A stretch of DNA of 63,536 bases, filler included, from Sphacelaria rigidula (taxonomy: Eukaryota), in NCBI GenBank assembly GCA_964200075.2. It is 6 parts of 6 records of this genome, joined end to end, with 100 filler letters (N's around TTAATTAATTAA, not from the genome) between each part and the next. Parts side by side here need not be neighbours in the genome. Positions count along the whole stretch, not along the records: positions 10,609 to 21,116 come from CAXNAA020006371.1; positions 21,217 to 31,723 come from CAXNAA020006372.1; 4 more parts are not named here. One strand, 5' to 3'. The position numbers and the translations under genes were made by a program. Positions within the stretch are counted from its first letter, which is position 1, and every line of letters starts with the position of its first letter. Shown in pieces: positions 12,600 through 25,029 of this stretch. The notes beneath the pieces are model-generated. The model worked only from the letters and a program-made list of their open reading frames with translations. It was not told where the DNA came from and did no database searches.

Positions 12600-12860
12600 C
12601 TTTTTTTTTCTTTCTTTTTTCTGAGGCTCAATGTTATAGAAGCCTTTCGATGACAAATATATGGGCCTTACAATGGTGTGCAGCCTCAGAACACTTCTGG
12701 ACAGAGAAGAACACCCCTAACGAGGCAACACACCCTTGCACGTTTCCAACGGAAATTAGATACTCCGCAGAGAAAATAACCCGAGTCCATCTAGCGGGAC
12801 TCGAACCCATATTCTTCCACCTCAACAAGCTTCAGTTTTACCAACCAGACGACCGGGGCG
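12600..12860 (-). mobile_element. tRNA-derived SINE (family C)
   Basis: Minus strand starts cgccccggtcgtctggttgg (A-box-like), has the B-box ggttcgagtccc, and ends in an A-rich tail. Confidence 0.6.
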
Positions 12861-12994
12861 CGGCAGCTGTGCCACATCCAGGTACTCACAGCCTACATGG
12901 ACTGGCTAAACAATACCACCGCAAAACATCTTACAGGCTGTGAACTACAGAGCGCGCGCGGCGGCTGGGGGGGGGGGGGGGATGACGCACTCCT

Positions 12995-13744
12995 TCATTT
13001 ATTTATTTTCTTGTCGCACTGTGAACCCTCCCCCTTCCTTGGGACGAGTCCGTGGTCTCTAGCGATCACATCAATCGTTTTCTTCCTGGCATACATACGC
13101 CTTGCATTTTGGTATCATTTCACAGTAGTGGGTCATGACTGTCAGTACTCTCGCACCGCGCCAACTCTCGTCAAACAAACTCCCAGTGATTTTTTTTTTT
13201 GTTTCACTGCTCGGCCGGTCGCCCCCCGGTGGCTCAGTAGGTAACCTCGACCACCTCTTGATGGTTCGGTCGTGGGTTCGAATCTCGGTACAGCCTCATG
13301 ATTTGGGTTTTTTTTCTCATACAATGAACGCCCAACAGTGGAGAGCGGCCACGTCGTGGGTGCACAAAATTCGAAATTTCAACTTCACAGTCGACGAGGG
13401 GAAAGGGACTACTGACCACCCCCCCTCGCGATGAACAATAACGCATGCACCGCAGAGGGAAGGTGAAGGGCTAGCACGACATTAAAAAAAGGAAAGACCT
13501 GCTGAGTTGGCTTTCCTCCCGTGTGTCCCCAGCTGATGCGCCCACATATACCGAAAGGTGTAAGACTAGCGTCCAGAATAGATGGGATGACAACACACAC
13601 AACACACACGCACTCACATCGTCACGCTTTCAACCGTGGAAATCAGACACTATGAAGATAAGATAAAACGCATTTGGCGGGAACCGAACCCACGTTCCCT
13701 CTACCCTAATAATGTCAGGCGGACTGTTAGACCACAGCGGTGCG
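12995..13744 (-). mobile_element. SINE family A copy interrupted by a family B SINE
   Basis: Body at about 13010-13200 and head at about 13610-13744 (cacgctttcaaccgtggaaatcagac...gggaaccgaaccc) match the uninterrupted copy at 56960-57293. Confidence 0.7.
13218..13609 (+). mobile_element. tRNA-derived SINE (family B) with (CA)n tail
   Basis: A-box tggctcagtagg, B-box ggttcgaatct. The body matches 41522-41880 and 59537-59909 (both minus strand) and 31824-31893. Confidence 0.85.
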
Positions 13745-13784
13745 GCTTCTTGCAACACACATCCGAAACAGACTGATAGTTTGT

Positions 13785-13970
13785 TTGTTATTTTCCTCAC
13801 ACTTTGAACCCCTCCGCTTTCTCGGGATGAGTCTGTGGTCTCAAGGGATCATCCATCTCTCCCCCGGTACGTGCCCTTCATTTTGGTCTCGCGGATTGGG
13901 TCAGCATTTCCGTACCGCGTCAACTCACGTCACACAAACCCAGTCGACTACTTTGTTGACTCACGTTTTC
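13785..13970 (-). mobile_element. SINE family A, partial (truncated at the adjacent TIR element)
   Basis: cacactttgaacccctcc...ttttggtctcgcggattgggtca matches family A. Confidence 0.75.
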
Positions 13971-14930
13971 GGCGCGGCCTATTTGCAGGTGGGGTATGCA
14001 AATAAGGGGCGACAGGTCGCGTATCCCTCCAGAACCAAATCCTCTAGAAACCTTTTTCAAACTCTGCACAAACGAAACATCAGTCGTACTCCACCGCAGC
14101 TCAACCCAGGGCGGCAACACTGAACACATGTTTTGTAGGGCAGGATACCGCAAACTTTGTGCGCGATGAGTTCTCTACTCGACAGTAGGGGGAATCAAAG
14201 TAGAGTAGATCATCGTCACTACAGAACAAACACACCATTCTATGCTTTCTACTTGCCCCGAAAATCAGTCGATCTTCGAGCACTTCTTGAGGCAACTTTC
14301 CCGGACAAGAAAATTTCCTGCGGCGTCTTGGACAGTATGCCCACCAGTTTCAAATGTAATCCTGTCCTGTGTGTGCGATCGCGTAAGGGCAGCCGTCCAC
14401 CCATGTGCGAGAGAATAGTGTAGCCATGTAGGTAACGATGTGTCGATGGATCCCGTCATCTTACGAATTGACTTTGTGAAACCACAGTACCATTGTGCTA
14501 CCGTTGTTATCTCTCACCTGCTGTGCAGATGGTACGCTGTACAGCGGACGACAAGCAACAGTAAGAGTACAGTAGTATGTGTTCTGAACGGGGTTCGTTG
14601 TGCTGTTGTCAAGTGGGAGGATGCAAGAACATTACCAATGGTCGCACCGCCGTCTGGATAGTCTCCGCGGAACAATGTATAGACGGGAGGATGCAAGAAC
14701 ATTACGAACGGTCGCGCTGCCGTCTGGATAGTCTCCACAGAACAGTGTACAGACAGCGCGGTGCGATCATGGTGGTACACTATTCTCAGTAGCGAACAGC
14801 TTCTGCATGGAGTACGACTGATGTTTCGTTTGTGCAGAGTTTGAAAAAGGTTTCTAGAGGATTTGGTTCTGGAGGGATACGCGACCTGTCGCCCCTTATT
14901 TGCATACCCCACCTGCAAATAGGCCGCGCC
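13971..14930. mobile_element. Non-autonomous DNA transposon with 123-bp perfect TIRs (Mutator-like architecture)
   Basis: 13971-14093 and 14808-14930 are reverse complements (GGCGCGGCCTATTTGCAGG...). Internal direct repeat of about 70 bp at 14614-14752. No transposase and no clear TSD. Confidence 0.85.
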
Positions 14931-17182
14931 ACGGAGCCGGAGTGAGCTGAAGTTCATGTTGTCGGCAACAGCACAGTAGTATCATTCTCTCACCTACGCT
15001 CTATTTTCACCGGTCGTTCGAGCCCATGTTATATCAAATTTCGTAATTATTTCGCGAATGTCTCCACTCTCCACTACATGTGCGAGCCAAATTCGGGCGA
15101 GCTCACGTTAAATTTCAGAGTACCGTGCGTTGTGGCAGCAGCACGACGAGAATGGTGAAACCTGTCCCATACAGTCACCAATGACTTCACCTTGTCGTCT
15201 ATTTGAAGTTTTCGTTGATACGCACCGCGTTTCCACGACCTGGGCGCATGTGAGAAGACTGACGGGATTCGGGGCACATGAGAAGCATGCACGTGATGGT
15301 GACACACATGATTCACGAAATCTCTGAGCAGTTGGAGTCGATAGAAACGATGGATGACGAACGAGCACCAGGAGTTCAACGACATACAAAACGGGAAGCA
15401 CTGCACGCAAGTTTTTGGGAGGAACAAAACCGACCAACTCGCTGCGACCGACCTGGCGTCTTGCATCATTTTATCCAAGAGCTCTGTTTCTCATGTCGAT
15501 AGTGACCGGAAAATTGTAGTGTCCATGCTAGATTGCTGTACGTTTCACCCGGTGTGAGCGGAAACCAGTGAGCGCACGGCCTCTACGTCGACATATCAGC
15601 ACCGCAGGTGCGTGCACACAGGTGATCATGACTCCATTTTAGTGCAAGGTGACAGCGTTGGGATTGTTGAAAGCGAAAGAGCGGGCATGACCCTACACGA
15701 CTGCCTGTACCAACTGCAAGAAAAACGGACTCCCGAAGACTGCATATTACCAACGCACTGCCCAGACTACGGAAAGGTCAGGCACAATGTTGCGCGATCA
15801 TTTGCGCTGTCTGTTCCACTACAGGTGGTGGCTGCTGTATGAACGCTCCCACCACGAGAGTGCTTCACCATCTGTAGGGCTGTATTATATCAAGAGCATG
15901 TTTCCACTGCCATCTGCACAGCACCGGAATCATGTCGCGATTACTTGCGCATGCATACACACGTGCGTCTTTTTCGGTTCAGCTCGACTGTACGTGCGAG
16001 ATTTTAGTGAGTACTCCACGACAGCGCTCGTCCTATCAGGCTTCCAAAAGTGATACACGAAAGCCCTGCGTCCACTCTCTGATGTGTTTCTCTCCCTGTA
16101 CCACCAGATCATCGACGCCGTAGTCGTCACCCCGAATACATCCGTCCCTCACTCCCGCGAAGCATCACTCCGAAAACCGCGGTCAGTTCCAACACATGAA
16201 CATGTTCCCCAAGATGTGACACACACGCGCACTCAGAACCACAAACGCACAACCCACCCGGAGCGCCTACAGCAAACGAACGCTCACCATTTTTATGTAC
16301 TCGTGCGTCTTCGCGAATTTTGTAGACATGCATCGCTTGGAAACACCTGCCCACGCTGCGGGCGCCAGCGCTGGCTGCGCTCGCATTACACCGCTAGTAC
16401 GCACAGATTGCGACACTACCCTCCCGCCAAACCGAGCTACCGCAGCCGAAGCCATTGTGTATGGATCAATTACTGACGGAAATGAATGTCCGGGATCAAA
16501 CTGGATTCGTTGACGATTCTGGTACAGGTGGTGCTGGTGGAAGTGGCGATCTGGTTGGGAGGCGATTGGAAACTATTTCACGAGGGCGGGTAGTAGCAAA
16601 TGTGTGCTTCGTCCCTAGGCGGGGCGAAGCGCCAGATAATAAATGGTTGCGATTTCATCATAGACATTTATTTTTTGATGATTTGTAGGATACGTTGATA
16701 ACACCCCTTTTGTCGGGCAAATGCTAGAAATGCATGATTAAGGCATTTGTTTCCTCCGCAACCTGGGGATTTCGAGGCTAGAGAAGCCATAAAAAAGGAT
16801 TAAATCAATGAAAATATATGTAGTTCTTTCTAGGGAGCTGCTCTTGACTTTCGTTTCACGGAGCTGTGTGAGAGAAGACTACGTAGTAAGGGAGTGCTAT
16901 CCATCGTATGATATCGATTTTATTTCGGTTTGCGATAAAAAAATCAGTGTGGAATTTAGAACACGATGACGTTTGAAAGTTATCATGTCACATGTTTGAA
17001 GCCCATCCGCCCAACATTCGCCATAACCTTCGTAGGCGGCATATTACGTCGGCACACGTCTCCCTCCCTCGACTACCCGAGCAGACGAAAACACGACAGC
17101 TGCAAACAACGCCGCATCCGCACAGAAGCACTGGGCATCATATTCCAGGCTTTCCCCTCTTCTTCCAGAAAAAAAGGTCATC

Positions 17183-17608
17183 ATGATCCGAGCTTCCGCA
17201 AGCAGCAGCTCCAGGGCACTACGCCACTTCGCACGAGTAGCCACGGCTGTCGGCAGCAACAACTGCCAGCAAGCCCGCACTCTTGCAAGCGGTCCTCTCG
17301 AGAAGACCGCCTTCTATGACATGCACAAGGATATGAAGGGAAAGATGGTGCCATTCGCGGGCTACGAGCTTCCTGTCCTCTACGAGACGGATGATGGCGG
17401 GGTCATGAACGAGACGCTGCACTGCCGCGCACCCGGAAAATCTAGCGTGTTCGATGTGAGTCACATGGGACAGATAAGGTGGACAGGCAAAGATGCGGCG
17501 AACTTCTTGGAAACAGTGTTGGTAGGGGATATCAAGGGATTGAAGTCAGGAGAGGGACGTCTGACGCTCATCACGAATGCTAAGGGAGGCATCGTCGACG
17601 ATACCGTG
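17183..17608 (+). CDS. gcvT: Glycine cleavage system T protein (aminomethyltransferase), mitochondrial, exon 1
   Basis: Ser/Arg/Ala-rich presequence, then KTAFYDMH..GKMVPFAGYELPVLY, SVFDVSHMGQ, GGIVDDTV. 142 codons, ending at the donor GTG|gtgagt. Confidence 0.95.
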
Positions 17609-19682
17609 GTGAGTTTTTTCTCGATGTTGGGAGGGAGTTGGGTGTTCCGGTCGTCCTGGACGGGCGAGACGGGAGAAACGTACTGAAATGTCACTATTAT
17701 ACAGTAGAAACGAGGAGGAGTGTTGCGACCAAATATGAGCACACACGAAGGATATACGCGTGACTTTTTCAACGTTGCGTAGACAGCATTTCAGTCTTGG
17801 TTCCGGCCGACACTCTGTGTAGACCGGGACGCAGCCACAGTAGTGAAGCAGCTCAGCCGATCTCCAGCGCTAATCGAACTTCGTTGGTGAGATTTGGATA
17901 CACCATAGCACAGCGGCAACTGCAGTATGAGAACATGGTGACCTTGTTCGCTTACAGGATTTCACACGAGCATGTCATGGCATGAACACTACAACAGACA
18001 ACTGTAGTAGTACGGCAGCTCAGCGCAGATCAAACCATCTCCGCATGGTTCGATGCACGATAGTAAAGAACAGTAGCGACTGCAGTATAAAAATGATGGT
18101 TCTGAGCACGAAGTACCTTGTTGCTTCACGAGCGACGAAACATCACACAAAATCATCATGGCATTTTTCAAATTGGACTTGAACAACACAGCACGGCCTG
18201 CCGACGCAATGATTCGGAAAACCCCAAATATATATTTTTCTTTTTGCTTAACTGTTGGTTGGTCTCCCATGATCGTGTTCATGTTTCTGTCTCCTCTGCT
18301 GCACTGATGTAGAGTCCATTGGACCGATGCTTGCGTATACGGTACATGGCGTACTCGGCCTGCTTTTTGGCATGATGAGTGATCAGACTAGGCCACTTCG
18401 CCTCTCGTTGTCCACATGCAGCCATAAGACGATTCCGTCGAAGGTTCCACTCTTGAGATCCGTGAACTTCCGTTTATTGTGAAAAACACCTGGCGGTCAT
18501 TCGTGTATCTTTAATATCTGGCAACCACTGGTGATTTTGCTGCAGGACCATGTACGAGAGGGGAGATTTTTGGGGTACAGCGGCAGCAAGAGACAGGGTT
18601 AAAACGTAGTGCGAATAAAACCAATGCGAAGCAACGGGGAGGGATGAGGGGGAGTGGATGCCAAACCGTGGATTGTTTTATATGATATGCTCTAATCTCT
18701 GATGGTAACCTGGATTGTCCCTTACGTGGCGGCCGGGGGGAAACGTAGAGGACACAACTGGGTGACACGGCACATGAGACTGATAAGGGGTTCACCCAAC
18801 GTAGTTGAACGACAGGAACTTGGACGTTATTTTCATGTCTGAAAATGGTTCCCCGAGAAAAGAAGTATAACCCGCTTTGCGCCGCATTTTCCCACGACTT
18901 TCCGATAAACTAACTAAATACTCCGCTTTAGACGGCGGCACAATCTTTGAAGAATCGCATGAGGCTGCTTCTTGTGATGTAACATAAAACGGAAATCTCG
19001 GCAGAAAAAATGCGGCGTTCCAGCGCCGACTTTCACCCGAAGGATCGACCGTTTTTTGGATAGAAAGTAGCCCAACTCCGGCTAGCCCACCTCAGGTGAT
19101 GCTTCCCCCTCCCACCCACCCGTGTACATCAAAAAGATATATGGTAGTATTGCCATGTGTTGTCTAAGGAATCCCCTTTCAGTCCGAGTGCAGCACGTCT
19201 CCCAGCTAGATTTCGCGCTAAACACGGAGGTTTTGAAGACACCCTGGACAAACAGGATATATATATATATATATGTATATATACTGTCGAAGAGTGTACT
19301 GCGTGGAGTATCGACTATTTCGTACATTGCTATAGAAAATAGATCCCATAACGTACACAGAACACTTTTCGACAACGCAATCTGTTGTCCACAGTGTGGC
19401 AACGAAGACACATCCGTCGAGCAGCAGTACGGCATGGAACACACGAACAAGCGCCTGGTGCATGTAGTGAGGGCGAAGCTCTTGGTGTAGGAGACGCCGT
19501 CGGTGTTCTTTTGGGGGCGCTTGTCAATGAGGTCAACTTCGTGTTCGTCCGCTTCGTTTCCTCTCCGACCAGAGGCACCTGAGTCTCATGTGCTTCTCGT
19601 GCCCCGACCCCACACCCCGCCGTATACCCCGGCTTCTTCGTCATGGAAACCCCGCTCACGTAACTGAAATGTTTGTTAAAAG

Positions 19683-19856
19683 GTGACAAACGCCGGCGAC
19701 TACATCTACATGGTCGTCAACGGCGCGTGCAAGCACGGCGACATGGCGCACTTCAAAGAACAGCTGGCCAACTACTCCGGGGACGTCCAGATGGAGTACC
19801 TCGAGACCCAGCAGCTCCTGGCCTTGCAGGGCAAGGGTGCTCCCGCCGCGCTCCAG
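19683..19856 (+). CDS. gcvT: Glycine cleavage system T protein, exon 2 (remaining exons not in window)
   Basis: Acceptor aaag|GTG, phase 0. Encodes VTNAGDYIYMVVNGACKHGD...QLLALQGKGA. Donor CAG|gtcagc. Confidence 0.93.
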
Positions 19857-20249
19857 GTCAGCACTTTTCTTGGCCGTGCTGTGCTGTGCTGTGTTGCAAA
19901 ACCTTATTTTTCAGCGTAACAAAATAATTAATGCCAGTCATGAAACTGAGCGTCTCGTGATCTCTTCGTCGGGTGTTGGCCTGTAGGAAAAACCTTCGAA
20001 TCGATTACAAGCTGATTGACGCTTGTCTTCCCAAGCGCTCACGCCCGCAAAACTTCGCGCATCGGCTTTGGAGTTAGGTTCTGAAAATTCGAGGACATGT
20101 AATGTCTGTAGTTCATCGTGATCCTCTCTGAGTACGGCTTTTTTTTTTCGCCGCTTATCGGTGGTCTCATTTTTGTAGGATTTTTTTAACATCACATGCC
20201 GTTCGGGGACCCCCGATAACAAGCGAAGTAAAATGAAGGAGGAAATATA

Positions 20250-20700
20250 ACGTCCTCACAAAGTTTTATTATGTCTGAAAATAGGGGATGTGCAGGAGTG
20301 TCCCGATTCGAGCAGAAAGGTGATACACCAAAGGTCGACGTCCAGAAAATCGGAGAATTGATCTGGGTTTCTCACAGCTAGCCCTAAAACATTGCCCAAC
20401 GGACTGTGGTCCGAAAAATCAATCCACGGGAGAAAATCGGCTGTGGACGGGCTGAAATACTCATATTTGTACCAATACAGAATGGTTCCCATAAAAGTCG
20501 GTCTAACTCCAAGACCCCGCGTGAAGTTTTGCGGATGATGAATGAGTACGCGTGAGTGTAGCGTGCCCGCTACAACCTCGTAACTGATAGATTTTGGGGC
20601 AGAAACGCCTTTTTCGACGTGAGGGCGACCTCGTTGCATCAGTTCGTCAAGCTTGGCGATGAAACTTCGTACAAACGTTCTCTGGACTACCCCAGGACGG
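20250..20700. repeat. Dispersed repeat family (unclassified TE relic)
   Basis: cgtgaagttttgcgga...gccttttcgacgtgag...tgcatcagttc is shared with about 47480-48420 and 54750-55560. Confidence 0.6.
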
Positions 20701-20852
20701 ACAAGTTTTTTTAGTGTTTTTACTTCGAGGCACTGGCTCGAAGGAAACTCGAAAGGGAGGGACGGGAGGGGGGGGGATGGNNNNNNNNNCCCAAGAGGAA
20801 AAATTTTTTTTTTTTTTTTTTTCTGGGGGCAGGGGCAGAAAGGAAGCGCGAA

Positions 20853-20883
<31 letters not shown>

Positions 20884-21116
20884 GGGCGTACTCATTTGTT
20901 GCTCACCCTAGTCACTGCGCAAATAAACCCATGGCTCCATGCCATCCCAACTCTTTTCTGTGAGTTGTTTGGGGTCCTTGCCACACCCCCCCCCTGCCCG
21001 CATGGTGAGACAACCATGAGGCAGTGTGTAAGCCGTGGCTGTCTCTTGAAGTGGCGACACCAGACAAAAAAGCAACTCATCGGAGGCTGCCATTCAAATG
21101 CAAGATAATCAGTAGG

Positions 21117-21216
21117 NNNNNNNNNNNNNNNNNNNNNNNNNNNNNNNNNNNNNNNNNNNNTTAATTAATTAANNNNNNNNNNNNNNNNNNNNNNNNNNNN
21201 NNNNNNNNNNNNNNNN
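21117..21216. other. Artificial contig linker
   Basis: N44-TTAATTAATTAA-N44. Confidence 0.97.
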
Positions 21217-22949
21217 GTATCTTCCCTGCAATGGAGGGATGGGACTTCAACCTCATATTTTGTTTCAACCCCAAAAATTAGGATCGGCTGTTAAGTGTAT
21301 CTTTTCATTAAATGGATTTCATCAGCAACCGCAAAAATATCGTGATATTCCGAAACTTTGTCACGTTCCGACTACTATGGGATCAGCCAAGCATCAATCA
21401 AGACTCTCCGAATACCTCGGTATTTCCTCCACACACCAAGACAAAAACAGGGATGCGTGCGCGGGGAGTTTTTCAGCCTGGCGGTTGATCTTGATCATGG
21501 TCGGTCACCGTCCACCAAAAACATTTGTCACTTCGTGCATGTCGTGGTCGTACAGACGGCACCTGTGTAGGACAAAATGCTTTTTGGAGGCTCACGTCTT
21601 ACAAGTGCGGACGCGAGGGGAGTGTAGTGGGCAGTGGGGCAGCAGAAGAAAAAGTCAAGATCTCCATTTTATTCGAGCGAGTCACCCACCAATGATGAAC
21701 ATACTTTTGTTACCATGTACTGTCCTGTGGTGTCACATTACGGCACCCACGAGCACGCACCCGCATAGCATACCCGAATCCAGCACAATCATCATTTTAA
21801 ATCCATCTTCAATTTTGTACTCGTACGATGACAATTTTACTTCTTGTTCACATACCACGCATGGATCCAACAGCAATTCGGCCGCTAGCACCCTGGGTGC
21901 ATGAAGCAGTACACTCTAACTTGAACATGCCGTGCCAACATGTGTATATCCCATGTGGATTCCGCCTGGCCAGCAATTTCGAGCAACGACCAGCTCCCAC
22001 ATGGGTGATACAATGCACTTTTCTCTTTGCATGCAGTGCACATGCACCGCATCCCATATATAGTATCGGTTCTATCAAACAATCAAATATGGGTCATGCG
22101 CATTCTGCTGATCTGTAGCACAGGAATTCCACTTGTGTTCACAATCAATCTTCCGAAGTTATCATCGTCAGGCCGAGCCGCTAGTATTGCGCTACAAAGT
22201 CATTGCTTCCACCATAAAAACAAAGTCTTATCAACCAATCCAGTCAAAAACCGATGACTCGTGAATCCTGCACCTCTCGGAATAATAACAACCTTTTCAC
22301 TTTGATGCTGAGTTTCGGAACGCACTCAATTATGATCTCAACATTTCCCCTCCGCATACCCCTCTGCGGGAACTTTTACCGATATCACCCACTAGTCTAG
22401 TCAGGCCATAGTGCCCCATGTGCCTGTACTTACCAAGGCGACGAACAAGGTTCCACCATCAACCAATGCAGTCAAGATACGGTGCCCCGCAGTCCTGCGC
22501 TCATCGGGGTGGCAACAATGTTATACACGGACGCGTTTCGGCATCCTTGTCAAACATGTTCCCAACACTCTCCACGCACCTCCATTTTGTGCAATTTTAC
22601 CGACACCGTCCGACAGTCAGGTCATGTCGCGGTGCCCCGCATTTCTCACATTTACAAAAACAACAGACGATATTTTATTCATCAATCGAGTCAGGCAAAA
22701 GCGCAAATACAGCCCGCACTCATTGAGACAGAAAACTCGTCGAACATCGACACGCAATTTCGGCTTCCATTTCGAAATATGGTCTCAGCATCGTCCTGAG
22801 ATGTTCAACATCTCGATCCACGTGGGCACCAACCTTTCCTTGGGTACATGAATCGCTGTCTGTATGGTGGTCACGAACACTCAAAACGTAGAACATCAAA
22901 TGGGTATTTGAGCCATTCCTAGGTTTCATGCCGTCATTTTAAAAGCTTC

Positions 22950-25016
22950 CCCTTCCGGTTCAGGCTGTACAACTGGGTCTGGGAAACCGAGTACACACCC
23001 AAGAGGTGGAGCCAAGGAGTAGTCGTCAATCTTTGCAAAAAGGAGACAAGGCTGACCCAGGAACCTATGAAGGGGTAACGCTTACTGAGCACGGTAGGGA
23101 AAACATTCTGTAAGATTCTAAACGATAGAGTAGCAACGATGCTAGAAACAGAAGACAAAATCAGCGAGGCACGAGCAGGATTCGGACCAAACCGCAACCG
23201 GGTGGCCACTGGGGTGCCTACAACCTCACATTTGGACGTTACAGACCTTGTGCAATGTCTGTAACGTCCAGATTTGAGGTTACAGGTACCCCAGTGGCCA
23301 CCCGTGTAGTTGCGTAGATCATGTGTACACACTAAGTAACATTATTCAGGGTAAGAAAGACACCGGGCGGATAACGTACTGCTTCTTTCTAGACGTGCAA
23401 AAGGCTTATGACACAGTATGGAAAAACAGGTTGTGGAAGAAGTTGTGGGAAGCTGGGATCAGAAGAAAGATGTGGAGAAGAACGAAGAAGATGACCGAAT
23501 GTGCCAAAAGTGCCATGATGCTGGACGGGGAAATGTCAAAATATTTTGATATTTTACAAGGAGTTGCACAAGGATGTACGTTACCACCCACTTTGTGCAA
23601 GGTATTCATCGATGACTTTATAATAGAATAGAAGCAGAAAAGCAAGGGGTCAAGGTGGGTGAAGATATGGTATCAGGATTGATGTTCGCGGATGATTTTG
23701 TTGAGCTTTCAGAAACACCAGAAGGATTACAGACACAGAGAGACAAGGTGCCAGAATATACTAGGAAATGGAAAGTGACAGCGAACGTCAACTTATGCGC
23801 GGTACTCGTTTGTAACGAAGGGGGAAAAAATCCGGTAGAGTTGAAATGGAAGTGGGGAGAAGAGGAGCTGCCGATTGTAGACCAGTATACATACCTTGGC
23901 GTAGAGATCTCAAAAAACTGTTTTTGGGATGCACACATGAATAAAGTAATTGAGAGGGTAAGGTATAGATAGGCAGGTTGGACGTGATCCTCAGAGACCC
24001 GCACCTATACACTAGGAAGAAGAGATGTATCCTGATTAACGTGATCGTACCAAAGCTGGAATATGTAGGAGAAGTATGGGAGGGGAACGTGAAGTTGGTC
24101 TAGAGGTTGGAAACAGTACAGATGGCAGCAGTTAAGAAGATACTTGGATGCTCGAAAACGGTGAGTGATACAGTTTTGAGAGCAGAGTTGGGAATGTGCT
24201 CACTCAAAACAAACAGGGACATGAGGAAATGCGATGGCAATATGGCGTAAAACCATGCAGAGAAGGAGATGGCCAGGTATGGTCGATACGACTGTATGGA
24301 AGGGAAGTACGAAAGGGCAGACTGGAATAAGATGGGATGGAGAAGTCGAGCAGTGTAAAAGGAGATAGGTGGAAACGAAGACGAAATTCTGTCCATCAGT
24401 GAAGACGCCGGGTGTAAGGCAAAAACAAGAGATATGATAGAAATAAGGGGGGAAAGAGCGCTCAGACGCAAGGTAAACGCGGAGGAACACTTGAAGATAT
24501 ACGGGTGGTTGAGAGAGGGGATAGGGATGAAAGCATAGTTGCATGGCCCAATGGACGATGCATAAAGTATGAAATTGCAATTTCGGGTGGGGGACCTAGA
24601 CCTGCCAGAAAGAAGAAGGAGGTATAGCAGTCGTCGAAACGAGGAGGAAGTAGATAGACAGAACTGCCTCTGTGGCAAAGCAACAGAGAGCAGAAGTCAT
24701 ATGGTGGCAGAATGTGAGGTATACAAGGAGGAACGGGACGTGCTAGAGGGGGAAAGGNNNNNNNNNNCGAAATCGTTTGATGCTTGAGACGGTAGGGAGA
24801 AAACGATGGCTATACTAGGAGATAGATGTTGGCCAGAGACGGCGAAACAGGACGGGGGTAAGATATATGAAAGGTTTTGTGATGTATGGAAAAATGTATT
24901 GGGCGCCGCAATGTTGAAGATGTCTCCAATAGGAGTAGGAACGGTGCCCCGTCTCGAAAGGGATGCGTGGTCAATAGTCAAACGACTAAGGCAGGCAACA
25001 AATGAGTACGCCCCCC
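22950..25016 (+). mobile_element. 5'-truncated, degenerate non-LTR retrotransposon (LINE): RT, C-terminal Cys/His motif and 3' UTR
   Basis: KKGDKADPGTYEGVTLLSTVGKTFCKILNDR, FLDVQKAYDTV, GVAQGCTLPP, LMFADDFV, YTYLGV, CLCGKATESRSHMVAEC. Contains stops and frameshifts. Ends ...caacaaatgagtacgcccccc. Confidence 0.93.
23197..23306. mobile_element. 110-bp palindromic MITE inserted in the LINE RT (Tc1/mariner-type TA site)
   Basis: cgggtggccactgggg...ccccagtggccacccg forms a near-perfect hairpin. Removing it restores GPNR-SCVDHVYTL. Flanks are ca/ta. Confidence 0.8.
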
Positions 25017-25029
25017 TTCCGCGTCAGAG

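Noticed and set aside
13218..13295. tRNA genes at the A/B-box sites (also about 12790-12860, 41805-41880, 57220-57293, 59830-59909)
   Set aside because: No convincing cloverleaf or acceptor stem, and each is fused to a multicopy body and tail, so they are SINE heads.
15000..16500. Cluster of short overlapping ORFs upstream of gcvT
   Set aside because: No coherent reading frame or known domain; possibly decayed sequence.
21239..22930. 221-aa and neighbouring ORFs as a gene or viral insert
   Set aside because: No recognisable motif in any frame and no consistent splice structure.
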